Positions 9,657 to 20,306 of a stretch of 64,000 nucleotides of DNA are shown piece after piece. This DNA comes from an uncultured Gammaproteobacteria bacterium (GTDB lineage: Bacteria; Pseudomonadota; Gammaproteobacteria; Pseudomonadales; JAHEGP01). The position numbers and the translations under genes are program-made. The first letter of the stretch is position 1, and each line of letters opens with the position of its first letter. Under the pieces are notes generated by a model. The model was not told where the DNA came from, searched no databases, and saw only the letters and a list, made by a program, of their open reading frames with translations. The stretch covers positions 73,262-137,261 of the forward strand of contig CAVVVC010000004.1 in assembly GCA_963751595.1 (NCBI GenBank). Reading direction: 5' to 3'.

Positions 9657-10676
9657 ATGAATAACGATCTATCTGTCAAAAGAGTTTTTGAGCTAGACGT
9701 TCTAAGATTTTTTGCCGCAATTGTAGTTGTAGTTTATCATCTGACTTACAGGCAAATTGATGGAGATTGGCTGTTCCCCGCAGTTGATGCTTTTAGCCGC
9801 TATGGATATCTTGGTGTAAACCTTTTCTTCCTAATCTCAGGGTTCGTCATAATTTGGAGCGCTGACGGCCGTTCACCAAAGCAATTCTTGATAAACAGAT
9901 TTTCAAGACTCTATCCAATTTTTTGGGTATCAATCGCAATCACTATAGTTGCTTTGTATTTTCTGCAAGGCATAACATTCGACTTTTACCGCATCTTTGC
10001 CAATATGACGATGGCCGCGGGATACTTAGGCGCGGACTATATCGACGATGTCTACTGGACGCTACAGATTGAACTCAAATTTTATTTTCTCGTTTTTTTG
10101 CTCATTGTGTTTCGACAGACTACTAACCTAGACCTTTGGCTTTCTATCTGGTTAGCTGGATCTGTCGCAGCAATCTTCTGGCCAGGTATTTCATTTCTAG
10201 TAATATATCCATACGGCCCATATTTTATTGCAGGTGCGACTTTCTATCTAGTATGGAAGAATAACCTGACAACTCAAAGATGTATTATACTTGCAATATG
10301 TTGGGCGCTATCAATATCCCAATCTATTGGAGCAGTTTCTAGTTTTATTGTCGAACCATCCACTTATAGTGCTCTTATCGCCCCCATCATCGTTAGTTGC
10401 TTTTACTTGGTACTACTAGGTATTGCTTTGGGACATGTAAAAATCGGAGAGAAGCGGTACCTATATATACTTGCAATGATGACCTATCCTTTGTACCTGC
10501 TTCACGACAAATTTGGAAAGGCTATCTACGACTCCATTGATACTGGAAAGTACCTATCACTCCTGATTGTATTGTTGGCTATTTTCGCCCTTTGCTACGC
10601 TTTGGCTATGTACGTTGACCGGCCGCTCAATACTCTATCGAAGCGCCTGCTTAAGCGACTATTTTCATACCCCTGA
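9657..10676 (+). CDS. acyltransferase family 3 (OafA/NolL-like membrane O-acyltransferase)
   Basis: ORF 9618..10676; the ATG at 9657 is preferred. The N-terminal pattern FELDVLRFFAAIVVVVYHL...GYLGVNLFFLISGFVI plus about 10 hydrophobic segments is typical of acyltransferase_3. Sequence looks AT-rich. Confidence 0.8.
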   Translation: MNNDLSVKRVFELDVLRFFAAIVVVVYHLTYRQIDGDWLFPAVDAFSRYGYLGVNLFFLISGFVIIWSADGRSPKQFLINRFSRLYPIFWVSIAITIVALYFLQGITFDFYRIFANMTMAAGYLGADYIDDVYWTLQIELKFYFLVFLLIVFRQTTNLDLWLSIWLAGSVAAIFWPGISFLVIYPYGPYFIAGATFYLVWKNNLTTQRCIILAICWALSISQSIGAVSSFIVEPSTYSALIAPIIVSCFYLVLLGIALGHVKIGEKRYLYILAMMTYPLYLLHDKFGKAIYDSIDTGKYLSLLIVLLAIFALCYALAMYVDRPLNTLSKRLLKRLFSYP

Positions 10677-10700
10677 ATTCGCAGTTTGAATGGCGGGATG

Positions 10701-11060
10701 TGAAGTGGTTCAATAGATGTGACCATCCCAGTTAACGAATAATATTCTGAAACTGGAGGATTGATGTGACGACACGAAAGACAATATTCAAGAGAATTCA
10801 AGCTGGACGCTATCAGCTTGGTATTGGAGCAGGGCTATTCACGCGCGGAGGCAGCTCGCAGTCTGGAGATTAACGCCAATATGCTGGGCCGCTGGATAAA
10901 GGAGCATGAAGGCGATGACGGCCAGGCATTTCCGGGTAATGGAAAACTGACTGCCGAGCAGGCGGAGATTCGCCGGTTGCGAGAGGAGAATCGTCGCCTG
11001 AAGATAGAGAAAGATGTATTAAAAAAAGCGACGGTCTTCTTCGCGCGAGAAACGAATTGA
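10701..11060 (+). mobile_element. IS3-family remnant (left end plus OrfA only)
   Basis: IS3-type terminus TGAAGTGG begins at 10701. The ATG at 10764 is followed immediately by an in-frame TGA. The frame then reads RHERQYSREFKLDAISLVLEQGYSRAEAARSLEINANMLGRWIKEH...LKKATVFFARE (HTH OrfA). No OrfB/DDE part follows. Confidence 0.75.
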
Positions 11061-11506
11061 GACCTCCTTTCCCTTCTCCCGCGTAAAGTCGACAGCAATA
11101 CGGTTAAGAGTAGCAAAGAATTGAGGTCCAGGGTGCGGGGACCCTTTTGACTGACGCAGATAAAACCGGGACGCTATGGTTACTGCGAACGGTACTGCGC
11201 TTTGTATCAGAAAAGCATGTGATGAAAATTGCTTTGGAGCGAAGCGTCCCATTCGAGACGCCCTCTTGGGCTCGCCTCCCGAGGGCAGCCGTGTCCTCCG
11301 ATAACCAATTGATCTGCATTTAAGCTGTAGAAGCTTCCTAGCAGTCTGTCGGACTTGACTGCGGCACGCGCTCGTACGTGAAGGCAAATACTATTTTCGA
11401 GGCCGAATACAAAATGACCCAACATAGCGCACCGAAAATAGTACAAATATTGACCACCTTGCAGGCTGGGCGCCCAAGTCCGACGGACTCCTAGGCTACT
11501 GGACTT

Positions 11507-12652
11507 CTATTTTTGCGTGTGCTTCGGAATGGGTGATCTAGCAAGCAATTGCTGCTCAACCTGGGTTGATTTCGTCATCGGATTGAATGGGTGGTGCTTT
11601 AATTTCAGGCAAGGCTTTTCGATAAAAAACCAGGAAAGCACCGCAACCACAACCGTAACGAGTAACGCCACAAGGCTCCAGAATATGCTTCCGGAGAAAC
11701 CAAGGTATATCAAGAAGTTGACCACGGGCATATGGTAGATGTAGATGCCATAGGAGAAATCGTTACCCCGCGTGATTCGCCGTGCCAGGTCAGGCTTGGA
11801 ATAGGCAGCAGAAAAAACCAGAGGAACCAGCAACAAATAAAATAGCGGGTCTATGTTGTTGCCGAAGTTGGCGTTATGCTGTGAAGCGAAATAGCCAATG
11901 ATTATGTATATGCCAAGCAGATATTTAAATTTCCCTGCCAGCAGCCTGTGGAAAAACTCGAAGTTCCGCTGGAAGAACATGCCAACGAGAAACATGTAAA
12001 ACCAGGGCGCAAACGATACGGATGCCAGCTTGTAGATCAGGTTCTCGCTGTAGCTCCCGTGCAGGTAACTGTAAGTGCGGTTGATTGCGAAGAATACGGC
12101 AATGACCAACAACAATTTGATATTGCCGGCTTTGTCGAGCCTCAGCACGAAATACAGCAACGGCACTATCACGTAGAATTGTAGCTCAACGGTAATCGTC
12201 CACAGGCTGCCGTTGAGCACCCCGTCGCCATAGCCGCGCATAAAGTCAGGATTATAAAACTGGAGAATGCTAGATTTCGCCAGGAAAAGCTGTAGCCAGG
12301 CTGAGAAGGGCTCATGCACGCTCGCCATGTACCCACTGATGAATATCAAAACGAAAGACAGGCACACAGCGGTTATCAGCCCCGGATAGACTCGCAATAT
12401 CCTGTTTGAAGCGTATTCACTGATGCGCGAGTTTGACTCAAACGAACGGGTAATCAGGTAGCCGCTGACGAAAAAGAAAATCGGGACGCCGGGGAAAATA
12501 TGCAGCAAAAAGAGTATTCGATCCCAAATTCCGGAGGCCTCCACGCCCATGATATGGAGCGCATGCAAGAGTGCTACCTGCGAGGCAGCAAAGAGGCGAA
12601 TCAGGTCGAAGTTGTTGTGCCGAAAACTTGGGATGGTGCGGGTTGGATTCAT
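11507..12652 (-). CDS. acyltransferase family 3 (membrane O-acyltransferase)
   Basis: 381 aa. Pattern NNFDLIRLFAASQVALLHAL...FFFVSGYLITRSF with many TM segments. This is a second, divergent acyltransferase_3 gene. Confidence 0.8.
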   Translation of the reverse strand: MNPTRTIPSFRHNNFDLIRLFAASQVALLHALHIMGVEASGIWDRILFLLHIFPGVPIFFFVSGYLITRSFESNSRISEYASNRILRVYPGLITAVCLSFVLIFISGYMASVHEPFSAWLQLFLAKSSILQFYNPDFMRGYGDGVLNGSLWTITVELQFYVIVPLLYFVLRLDKAGNIKLLLVIAVFFAINRTYSYLHGSYSENLIYKLASVSFAPWFYMFLVGMFFQRNFEFFHRLLAGKFKYLLGIYIIIGYFASQHNANFGNNIDPLFYLLLVPLVFSAAYSKPDLARRITRGNDFSYGIYIYHMPVVNFLIYLGFSGSIFWSLVALLVTVVVAVLSWFFIEKPCLKLKHHPFNPMTKSTQVEQQLLARSPIPKHTQK

Positions 12653-12800
12653 ATTGGGAGTGCTTGATTTCCAGATAGGGTGGGCTTATTGTCGGGGTAA
12701 ATCGTCCCAGCGACCATGCGTCTTGGCGGCTGATAGGGGCCCCCATTTACTGCCCCGCATAAATGACCGGGACAATCACTATACAGCTCGTATACCTGAG

Positions 12801-14093
12801 TCAAGCTTCTGATCCCAGGGGTGCGCGCGATGTGTCGAGTTTGTTCTGCACCGCAATTTCGCCTTCGACAGAGTTTTTCAGGCTCAGGGCAAACATGATC
12901 ATAAAGTATGTATAGGGGTAAAGAGCCACCGACATAAAAAATGCCCCGATAAAATAGACGATTTGAGCGACGTCCATGCCAATTGTAAACTGATACAGCC
13001 AAGGCTGCTCCTTATCAAGAGCCGACCCTCTCAAAAGGCGGCGGCTTTTTTTGTTTATCCTGAATACGATGAAGTACATCCAAAGGTAGGTAATCAGCCC
13101 GAGGTATCCCATCTCACTTGAAGCTTGTATCAGCGTGTTGTGGGCGACCTCCTTGCGTTGCCTAAACCCGCTGCCTTCAGGAATTTCATCCGCATAGTTG
13201 GCATGAAAATAGGATGGAAAAGCCTGAAAACCCACACCCAACCAGGGGTATTTTTGGGTCATTTCGATTCCTTTTTCCCAATACAGTAACCGCGATTGCG
13301 AAGTCGCGTCTTCCCCGGCTGAAGTAAAACGCTCCTTTTGTTCATCCGGCAGTAGTGAGTAACCGCCGTAGGCCAAGGCGCAAGCGATCAACAGGTATTT
13401 AAAATTGAGCTTGCCCTTGAAAAGGAAAAAGGTGCCAATCAAGAGAGCAAGTTGGGATCCTCTAGAGCTTGCGGCCAGCACCGTCATTACCGTGGTTAAC
13501 GGAAAAATATAGTAAACCTTCCTTATATGCCTGTTGCCGATCATGACCGATAAGCTCAAGATGGTTAGCATGGCCATCAGTAGCGAAAGCTCACCGGAAT
13601 TCTGAAAGAAGCCTGCTGGCCCGGAAATACCGAAATCCTGGAAGCCGAAGCCCCGCTGTACCCAGGTCCTTGCGCCGAAGAAGGAAATCTTGAACGTTGT
13701 CAGGAAGAACAGTATGAGGATTAGCTTCAGCTTTCGGGTGGAATTGATGCAGCTCGTAAAGCAGAGCGTCTCCAGCAACCAAATCAAGGGTATATCGACG
13801 TTCCTGAACGAAATTTCCGGGTATTCTGAATAGTAGGCTGACAGCAGGCAGACTATCGCGAAGGCCAGTATGGTGAAGTGTGGCAGCTGGAACTTCAGAG
13901 TCCCCTTGGCGGTGGCATACAACAGGCCGCTGATAATGAATAGCTGGGTCCAGGGGATAATGTCCAGCATCGGGAAGATTACGTGGGGCCTCAGGTAAGA
14001 AAAAATGATGTACCCCGCCACAATGTAAAAGCCCAGATCCTCACTGCGACAGTCCAGAAAATACTGTTTGAAGTCCAGATAGAGCTTTTTCAT
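12801..14093 (-). CDS. O-antigen ligase / Wzy-type polymerase-like membrane protein
   Basis: ORF 12801..14183; the internal start MKKLYLDF at 14093 is preferred. At least 10 hydrophobic segments. The central block LAASSRGSQLALLIGTFFLF and a large loop (..LYWEKGIEMTQKYPWLGVGFQAF..) resemble the Wzy_C / O-antigen ligase family. PEP-CTERM loci often contain such a ligase. Confidence 0.7.
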   Translation of the reverse strand: MKKLYLDFKQYFLDCRSEDLGFYIVAGYIIFSYLRPHVIFPMLDIIPWTQLFIISGLLYATAKGTLKFQLPHFTILAFAIVCLLSAYYSEYPEISFRNVDIPLIWLLETLCFTSCINSTRKLKLILILFFLTTFKISFFGARTWVQRGFGFQDFGISGPAGFFQNSGELSLLMAMLTILSLSVMIGNRHIRKVYYIFPLTTVMTVLAASSRGSQLALLIGTFFLFKGKLNFKYLLIACALAYGGYSLLPDEQKERFTSAGEDATSQSRLLYWEKGIEMTQKYPWLGVGFQAFPSYFHANYADEIPEGSGFRQRKEVAHNTLIQASSEMGYLGLITYLWMYFIVFRINKKSRRLLRGSALDKEQPWLYQFTIGMDVAQIVYFIGAFFMSVALYPYTYFMIMFALSLKNSVEGEIAVQNKLDTSRAPLGSEA

Positions 14094-14628
14094 AGTAAAT
14101 ACAGGTTTCTTTTGCAGTGGGGCATCATAGGGAGCGCGTTTCGTTGGGGAGATGGGCCGGTCTCGATGGGCTTGGTACACCATTTTGTGACATCTGGATT
14201 GCTGACCGCGGTGACATGCATGCTTGGTTCAGGGTTTTACTCTTCGTCTACGTTCAATTTCGGCATGTGCTAAAATCAAAGGCCTGGGTTTCGCTGAAGT
14301 CAGCGCCGATTCTGTGGGTCAAAGGTGAGCTTGTTGGTCTGTGGTAAGCGCTGAAGCCATTTCTTTACGCGCCCTGTACTCGCAAAACATGGACATTGGG
14401 CCCTCTGACAGGGGCTGGAGGGTCTGGTTACCCACAGCAATGGCAATCAACCCAACCACGCGGGTAAAGATCTGGAAAGGTAGAATTGCCCCAATTGCCT
14501 ATATTGTAGTTCGATTGCTTTTAAAGTGACAAAGAAATATGCGGCCTCTTCAGCTTGCATGGTCCGGTGTTCACTTTCAGGCAGGTGAGCTGGTGCCATG
14601 ATACGAGTAAACCGGGGAAAACGACGAA

Positions 14629-15798
14629 GTGGGAAATGTACTAGTTACAGACGGTAATCAGCGCGCCGCTCTGGCCGTGACGAGATCGCTTGGCCAGCGG
14701 GGGGTGAAGGTCGTCACGGCGGACTGCTGCAGTCCGACGCTGAGCTCCAGATCAAGATATTCCGCCGCGGCTGAAGTCTACTCAGACCCCAATGAGTTGA
14801 GCGGATTTCTCGCTTCAATACGGCGAATTGTCGAACGGCATCGAATCGCTACGATTATCCCGATTTCCGAGATAACGCTGTTCACCTTGCTGCAGCACAG
14901 GGAAGAGCTGGGGGATGTCGAAATTCCATTCGACAGCTATGAAAAGATATCCTTGTTGTCCGACAAAGCCAGGCTGGTCGAACTGTGTCAGGAAAAGGGC
15001 TTCCCCTGTCCGAAATCAGCCTACTTTGAGAATGGGGCTGCCGCCATGGAAGCCTATAGCGGTTTCGAATTCCCTGTAGTGCTGAAGCCCTACAAATCCA
15101 GGATATTTTCCAACGGCGCATGGATTTCAACGGGCGTGAAGTATGCTGCATCTGAAGCTGAGTTGCGCCAGCTATGCACCATGAGTCCGGTATTTGCTGG
15201 ATTCCCCTTCATGATACAGGAATACATTGAGGGCCATGGGCAAGGTATTTTCTTGCTATGTGATCATGGCAAGCGTATCGCGACTTTCTGTCACAAGCGC
15301 CTGCGGGAAAAGCCCCCCTCCGGCGGTGTCAGTGTTCTCTGCGAGAGTGTTGAGCCTCCGCAAGAGATGCTGGCGATTGCCAGTGATCTGTTGGCCTCGG
15401 TGGCGTGGCATGGGGTTGCCATGGTTGAGTTCAAGGTCAACGATGAGCGCGGGCCTTTTATCATGGAGGTCAACACGCGGTTCTGGGGTTCGCTGCAACT
15501 GGCGATAGACTCTGGTGTCGATTTTCCCTATCTATTGTATGAAATGTATGCGGGCGAACCGACAGCAGCAATCACAGAATTCAAGACAGGTCAGCGACTG
15601 CGTTGGCTGATTGGCGACCTTGATCGCCTTTACCTTGTGCTCAAATCTTCAGACTATTCGGTTTCCAAGAAATTGGCGGAAGTTCTTGCCTTTTTCGCCC
15701 TGTTTCGCAGGGGCCAGCGCTACGAAGTGAATCGCTTCGGGGATATCGGGCCGTCCGGGGAGGAGTTACGTCAGTATTTCGCGAGTTTCATTCGCTGA
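14629..15798 (+). CDS. ATP-grasp family enzyme
   Basis: 389 aa with a GTG start. N-terminus VLVTDGNQRAALAVTRSLGQRGVKVV. Central blocks FPVVLKP...MIQEYIEG...GVAMVEFK...FIMEVNTRFWGS match the ATP-grasp fold pattern. Confidence 0.75.
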   Translation: MGNVLVTDGNQRAALAVTRSLGQRGVKVVTADCCSPTLSSRSRYSAAAEVYSDPNELSGFLASIRRIVERHRIATIIPISEITLFTLLQHREELGDVEIPFDSYEKISLLSDKARLVELCQEKGFPCPKSAYFENGAAAMEAYSGFEFPVVLKPYKSRIFSNGAWISTGVKYAASEAELRQLCTMSPVFAGFPFMIQEYIEGHGQGIFLLCDHGKRIATFCHKRLREKPPSGGVSVLCESVEPPQEMLAIASDLLASVAWHGVAMVEFKVNDERGPFIMEVNTRFWGSLQLAIDSGVDFPYLLYEMYAGEPTAAITEFKTGQRLRWLIGDLDRLYLVLKSSDYSVSKKLAEVLAFFALFRRGQRYEVNRFGDIGPSGEELRQYFASFIR

Positions 15799-15800
15799 CG

Positions 15801-16499
15801 CTAATTATTGCCGCCAGCAGCGCCCTGTGCCTGTTTGATTTCGCTTCCGATGCGATAGATCGCCTGGTCGATTCTGTCGAAACAGCTGCCAAAGTATATG
15901 TCAGACCGGCAAATGGGATCCTGAATGAAGGGCGTGGGTGATCGGGACCAAACCCCGAGCAAGGTCAACTGGACCGGGAGCCCTCCCGGGTTATTACTTG
16001 CCAGGGCCTGTTCAATGGCTTGAATGTGCCCGGGTTCCACTGCTAAAACGAGGTCGTCGGCCTGTAACTCGATATTATAAATGGAGCGACAAACATGGGG
16101 TGTTAAATCAATGCCTCTTGCGCTGCCATTGCGAATTGCTTCCGTACTGGCTCCCTTGGTTTCATCGGCGTCGATTCCGTAGGAAATGCAATCGAAGCCA
16201 AGAGACCTGGCTTTGGCCTCACCGTAGGCGCTTCTGTTGATGTTTCCCAGACAAACAAATACAAGCCGATTGACCCTGCTCCAGTCGGGGTTGGCGTAAC
16301 GTCTGTACGCGCCAAGCCAGTAAAGCATTTTGTAATAGAGGGTCTTTACTGTTGCTTGCCGTCCACCCGTTTTTTCCAGAATCATCTTTGCTGCGGAAAC
16401 CTCTTGGTTGAGCGCTAAGGTAGGGGGGCTACCCTGTTCGCAGATTTGCGAAGACAGCCCGGTGCCAAGCTTATTCTTGGCTTTCACTGTTTTGGCCAA
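15801..16499 (-). CDS. low-molecular-weight phosphotyrosine phosphatase-like protein (start uncertain)
   Basis: The CX5R(S/T) P-loop LVFVCLGNINRSAYGE, followed by ...DLTPHVCRSI... The N-terminal ~80 aa of the 232-aa ORF may not be translated (internal Met codons are available). Confidence 0.65.
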   Translation of the reverse strand: MAKTVKAKNKLGTGLSSQICEQGSPPTLALNQEVSAAKMILEKTGGRQATVKTLYYKMLYWLGAYRRYANPDWSRVNRLVFVCLGNINRSAYGEAKARSLGFDCISYGIDADETKGASTEAIRNGSARGIDLTPHVCRSIYNIELQADDLVLAVEPGHIQAIEQALASNNPGGLPVQLTLLGVWSRSPTPFIQDPICRSDIYFGSCFDRIDQAIYRIGSEIKQAQGAAGGNN

Positions 16500-17076
16500 T
16501 GAATCGACGGGTGATCAAGTTGCATACGCGCGGCGGGTCCTGGGAGCTCTGGTGCATCGGGCACGCATTATATCGAGTTACGTCCGGGCGACAAATACGC
16601 CTGGTGAATCATTCCTGGTGCAACCCTATAATACATGGTTTGAGCATAGACTGTCGTGGGCAATTCAGCTGTGGAGACTTTCAAAAAGCCATCATCAATT
16701 GCAGCGTGCTTCGGTATGCGGTGGATTTCAGCCGGCGAGTAGCAGGTCTCCGATAGCCGTTTTTGAGCTTTCTAGCTTCGAGTTTTTGCGATCAGCGGCT
16801 GGCATTGCAAAGGGTTGATGTGCAATCAATATCACTGTTTGCACCCACGTTTTTTGTCTATTGTTATGAAATGAAACCAAAGACTAAACCTGCCAGCGCC
16901 TCCGGTGTGACGAGGGCACCAGCTACAACGATTGACTGTCATCATACTATTAAACGTGTTGGCGGTTGTTTTGGCGCACCCTCGGCTTTCATCCAAACCT
17001 TGGCCGCATCGATAGTACGAGTTTCGAAGTGGCGCGCGCAACCAGGCTCAAAGGCTTCACAATCCAGGAAATAGTA

Positions 17077-18249
17077 ATGCCAGACTTTTTAATAACGTAT
17101 CACGTGCCAGCGAACACGGGTTACGCGATCGAACCTCTTGAAATTACGTTTTTTGAGGTTGTTTCCCGCTTTCTCGAACGCAGTGGTTCAAATGGTAAAG
17201 TTCACCTGGGTTACAAAAATTACGACTTTGGCAAGCCCCGCTGGCTGGGAGATAAGGAGGTTCCGCTGCTCAAACTAAGCTATCGGACAATGTCCGAGCA
17301 GGAAAGCGCGAAGCTTGAGCAATACCTCAAGCGACACTCGATCAAGTATGTACTGGCCTTTGATCTATCGATCGGAACGAGGATTTGCGGCGCTTTTCGC
17401 CGCGGGGGGGTTCAGTCCATTTTTAGCTACAGAGGTGCGCCAGCAAGTGCAATCAATAGCGGAGTCAAGTTATTGCTGAGGCGAATCCAGGTAATGCTTA
17501 TACGCAATAAACCCACCATGAATATTTTCGAATCCTATGGGATGCAGTACACCGGCACCCATGGCAGCGGAATACCAGCGAGCGCCGCGCGTGTCGTGCG
17601 GCCCGGAATAGAGCTTGAAGCATTTACCCGGGCCGGCGAGGAAGACCACGTATACCGACAGTTTGATATACCGCGCTCCCGAAAGATTTTTTTCTACGCG
17701 GGGCATATGGAAGAGCGCAAGGGCGTCCATGTCATCATCAAGGCGGCCGCAGAATTGATCAACAAGCGTGGCCGAGATGACCTGCATTTTTTATTGTGCG
17801 GTGACCGGCAGGATGAAAAATCGATATTTGACAGTCTTTACAAAGGTACCGCAGCAGAGGGACACATAAGCTTTGGCGGTTATCGAGGCGACATACCACA
17901 ATTGCTCGCCGGCAGTTATGCCGGCATCATTGCCTCAACGGGTTGGGATTCCTTCACCTTCACCTCCATGGAAGTTGGTGCCTCCGGGCTTCCACTGATC
18001 GTGTCCGACCTCGTCGGGCTCAATGAGGCTGTGGTGGATCAAAAAACGGGCTTCCTTGTCAGGCCTGGGGATCACCTGCAACTTGCAGACAAGGTAGAAT
18101 ATCTTGCAGACAATGAAGCAGTCAGGGACCAAATGGGTCGATTCGCCTTCGAGCGAGTGCTTGAGGAGTTTACGGTGGAGGCTCAACGGGCGGCGTTGCT
18201 CGACGTAATTGAGAGCCATGTGGCCAGGCGAAGCGGTGGCTGCCGCTGA
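17077..18249 (+). CDS. glycosyltransferase, GT4 / group 1
   Basis: ORF 16966..18249; the ATG at 17077 (MPDFLITYHV) is preferred. The C-terminal GT4 block is GIIASTGWDSFTFTSMEVGASGLPLIVSDLVGLNEAVVDQKTGFLV. Confidence 0.75.
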   Translation: MPDFLITYHVPANTGYAIEPLEITFFEVVSRFLERSGSNGKVHLGYKNYDFGKPRWLGDKEVPLLKLSYRTMSEQESAKLEQYLKRHSIKYVLAFDLSIGTRICGAFRRGGVQSIFSYRGAPASAINSGVKLLLRRIQVMLIRNKPTMNIFESYGMQYTGTHGSGIPASAARVVRPGIELEAFTRAGEEDHVYRQFDIPRSRKIFFYAGHMEERKGVHVIIKAAAELINKRGRDDLHFLLCGDRQDEKSIFDSLYKGTAAEGHISFGGYRGDIPQLLAGSYAGIIASTGWDSFTFTSMEVGASGLPLIVSDLVGLNEAVVDQKTGFLVRPGDHLQLADKVEYLADNEAVRDQMGRFAFERVLEEFTVEAQRAALLDVIESHVARRSGGCR

Positions 18250-18342
18250 ACGCGTCAAAGCGTTCTATCTGATCAGGATTGTTCAACCTGCACTCGCTTC
18301 ACCCCTTTCTGTCGTTGGGCGCATCGCCCGGTACACCAGGCG

Positions 18343-20064
18343 TCAGTCTCCAATGTACGTCAAGGGATAAAGCCGAATATCTGCTCGATAGTAGTGGCCC
18401 AGATCTACCGGAGATCCAACGACGACCGCAGGGTTTTGCTGGATCGCAGCAAGCGAGGTCTGGTCATTCCATATGTCGCTGAACAGAAAGTAATCCGGTC
18501 TGATTTTCTCTATACCCTCGGCCCGGTTGATGGTCCAGTTGACATAGAGCGCGGGGATTCTCGACTCTGCGGCAAAAAACGGCGCCCAATCACCTGCCAC
18601 TGATTTGCCCGCAGCAACATGTCGCTGCAGATTCGAGCGCACGGCCTGTGAGTCGAAGGAAGGCGCGGCGAACTGGGTGCCCGTTATTGCCACGCTCATC
18701 GCAAGATAGCCAATAAGCGAAGCTGCAATGCAGGTTCTTAGTCGGTTTTCGCGCAGATAACCACGGCTTCGATAGAGTAGTCCAAGCACCAGCAGGGACA
18801 GTGCCGGAAAAGCCCAAAGCAATGTCTCTTTGCTCAACGCCGCATCTTCTCCGAATACTGGAGCCAACAGGTAGCTGTTTCCCACGCTCAGCAGCGACTG
18901 AATGATCATCACCCCAAGCAGGCCTATGGCGATGTGCTCCACCCTGGATAGTTCAGCCCGGTGTCGAAGCGGTAAGGGGCTTGTCTGCTGTCGATAAAAC
19001 CAGTCGGCGATGACCAGTATGGCAGCCGGCACGACAGGTACTGAATACCGGGGAGGGTTGTAGCCAAAAAGATTGAGCAAAACCGGTACCAGCACAACGG
19101 TGGCGACCAGGGCCAGCCTGAACAGATTGCGGCGCAGTATTTGGGAGTCCGTCGCAATGGTGTGAATGAGGCAGAGATATGCCGTTGTAATCAGCAGCGG
19201 TGATAGCTCGGCGACGTTGTTCCAGAGGATTACCTGGGGATGAGCAATGATTTCTGAGACTCCAGCGGCCACTCGCCGCATCCAGATTCCCCGGGCCAGA
19301 AAAAGGACGAAAAGTACCAGCAGTGCCAGAACGGCGACCAGAATCAGGTTCCTGCGCGTCCGGAACCTGGCGAAGCGTTCGTCAACGGCGAAAGCCAGGG
19401 CAATCATTGCGCACGCAGGGGCGACATAAACCAGACCGGACATTTTTATCGACAGCCCGGCTACCACGCCAACCCCAGCGAGAATGGCGATTGCCTGCAC
19501 ATGCTGGTGTGGCTTTACCAGTATCAGCAGGAACAGGCCTGCATAGGTGAACAGAATCAGGTTGATTTCGAACAGGGCCACGCGCGAAAAACTGAACAGG
19601 GCGGGATCGACCGCGAGCAGGGTAGCTGCCAGCAGGACCGCCCCGGGGCTTAGATGGCGACTCAACACCGCCACTGCCATTACCAGAAAGCAGGCAAAAA
19701 CAAGCACACTAACCAGGCGGGCACTGGCAAGCTCCAACCCCCAGGCCTTGAAAGCCAGATAGTAGCTTTGCTGGGTGAGCGGACTTCCCTTGCTCCAGCC
19801 GGGATAGTTGTCGTGAGGGTTCCAGTGGGTGTCGCCAAACAGGATGCGATTTCTCGCGTCCAGGGTTTTATAGCCCTCATCGATTTGCAGGCCAACGTCC
19901 TTGGGGATATACCAGCCCGGTGGGTCTGCATCAAGGTTTAGTGTGCGGCTACCAACGGCAACCAGAACGATGAGTATCAGCGCCAGCCAGATGCTTGAGC
20001 TGCCAAGCCGTGTCAAGCGATGAGCTGTGCTTTGATCGAGCTTTTGCACGCTAGTGGTATTCAT
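18343..20064 (-). CDS. polytopic membrane glycosyltransferase, ArnT/PMT-like (GT39/GT83-type), tentative
   Basis: 573 aa with about 12 hydrophobic segments. The first loop carries acidic residues (DADPPGWYIPKDVGLQIDEGYKTLDARN). The C-terminal ~110 aa is a soluble domain. It is adjacent to two polyprenyl-phosphate GT2 genes. Confidence 0.55.
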   Translation of the reverse strand: MNTTSVQKLDQSTAHRLTRLGSSSIWLALILIVLVAVGSRTLNLDADPPGWYIPKDVGLQIDEGYKTLDARNRILFGDTHWNPHDNYPGWSKGSPLTQQSYYLAFKAWGLELASARLVSVLVFACFLVMAVAVLSRHLSPGAVLLAATLLAVDPALFSFSRVALFEINLILFTYAGLFLLILVKPHQHVQAIAILAGVGVVAGLSIKMSGLVYVAPACAMIALAFAVDERFARFRTRRNLILVAVLALLVLFVLFLARGIWMRRVAAGVSEIIAHPQVILWNNVAELSPLLITTAYLCLIHTIATDSQILRRNLFRLALVATVVLVPVLLNLFGYNPPRYSVPVVPAAILVIADWFYRQQTSPLPLRHRAELSRVEHIAIGLLGVMIIQSLLSVGNSYLLAPVFGEDAALSKETLLWAFPALSLLVLGLLYRSRGYLRENRLRTCIAASLIGYLAMSVAITGTQFAAPSFDSQAVRSNLQRHVAAGKSVAGDWAPFFAAESRIPALYVNWTINRAEGIEKIRPDYFLFSDIWNDQTSLAAIQQNPAVVVGSPVDLGHYYRADIRLYPLTYIGD

Positions 20065-20306
20065 GTTGATTTCGCATGGGGGAGGAGATCCTGTAACGCC
20101 TACGTCCCAGTATAGGATGCTTGATGCAGGCCATCATGCCCAGGGTAGTCCCCGGTAAATGCCATCGATGCGCCTTGGCGGGTGTGCCTCGATCCAGGGT
20201 CCGGGGGCGGGAGTATAGCAAAACCTGTTGCGTCGAAAACCGGGTTTGCCGAGTGAACCTTTACCGCGGGTGGACGCTTGCCAGCGAGACTTTTTTACGG
20301 ACATCG

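Noticed and set aside
14473-14489. TGGAAAGGTAGAATTGC upstream of the ATP-grasp gene as a sigma-54 element
   Set aside because: The GG-to-GC spacing is two bases too long and the -24 hexamer is poor.
18343-20064. 573-aa polytopic membrane protein as the missing exosortase
   Set aside because: I see no conserved Cys/Arg/His exosortase-type motifs. Its size, first-loop acidic motif and adjacency to polyprenyl-phosphate GT2 genes fit a GT-C (ArnT/PMT-like) transferase better.
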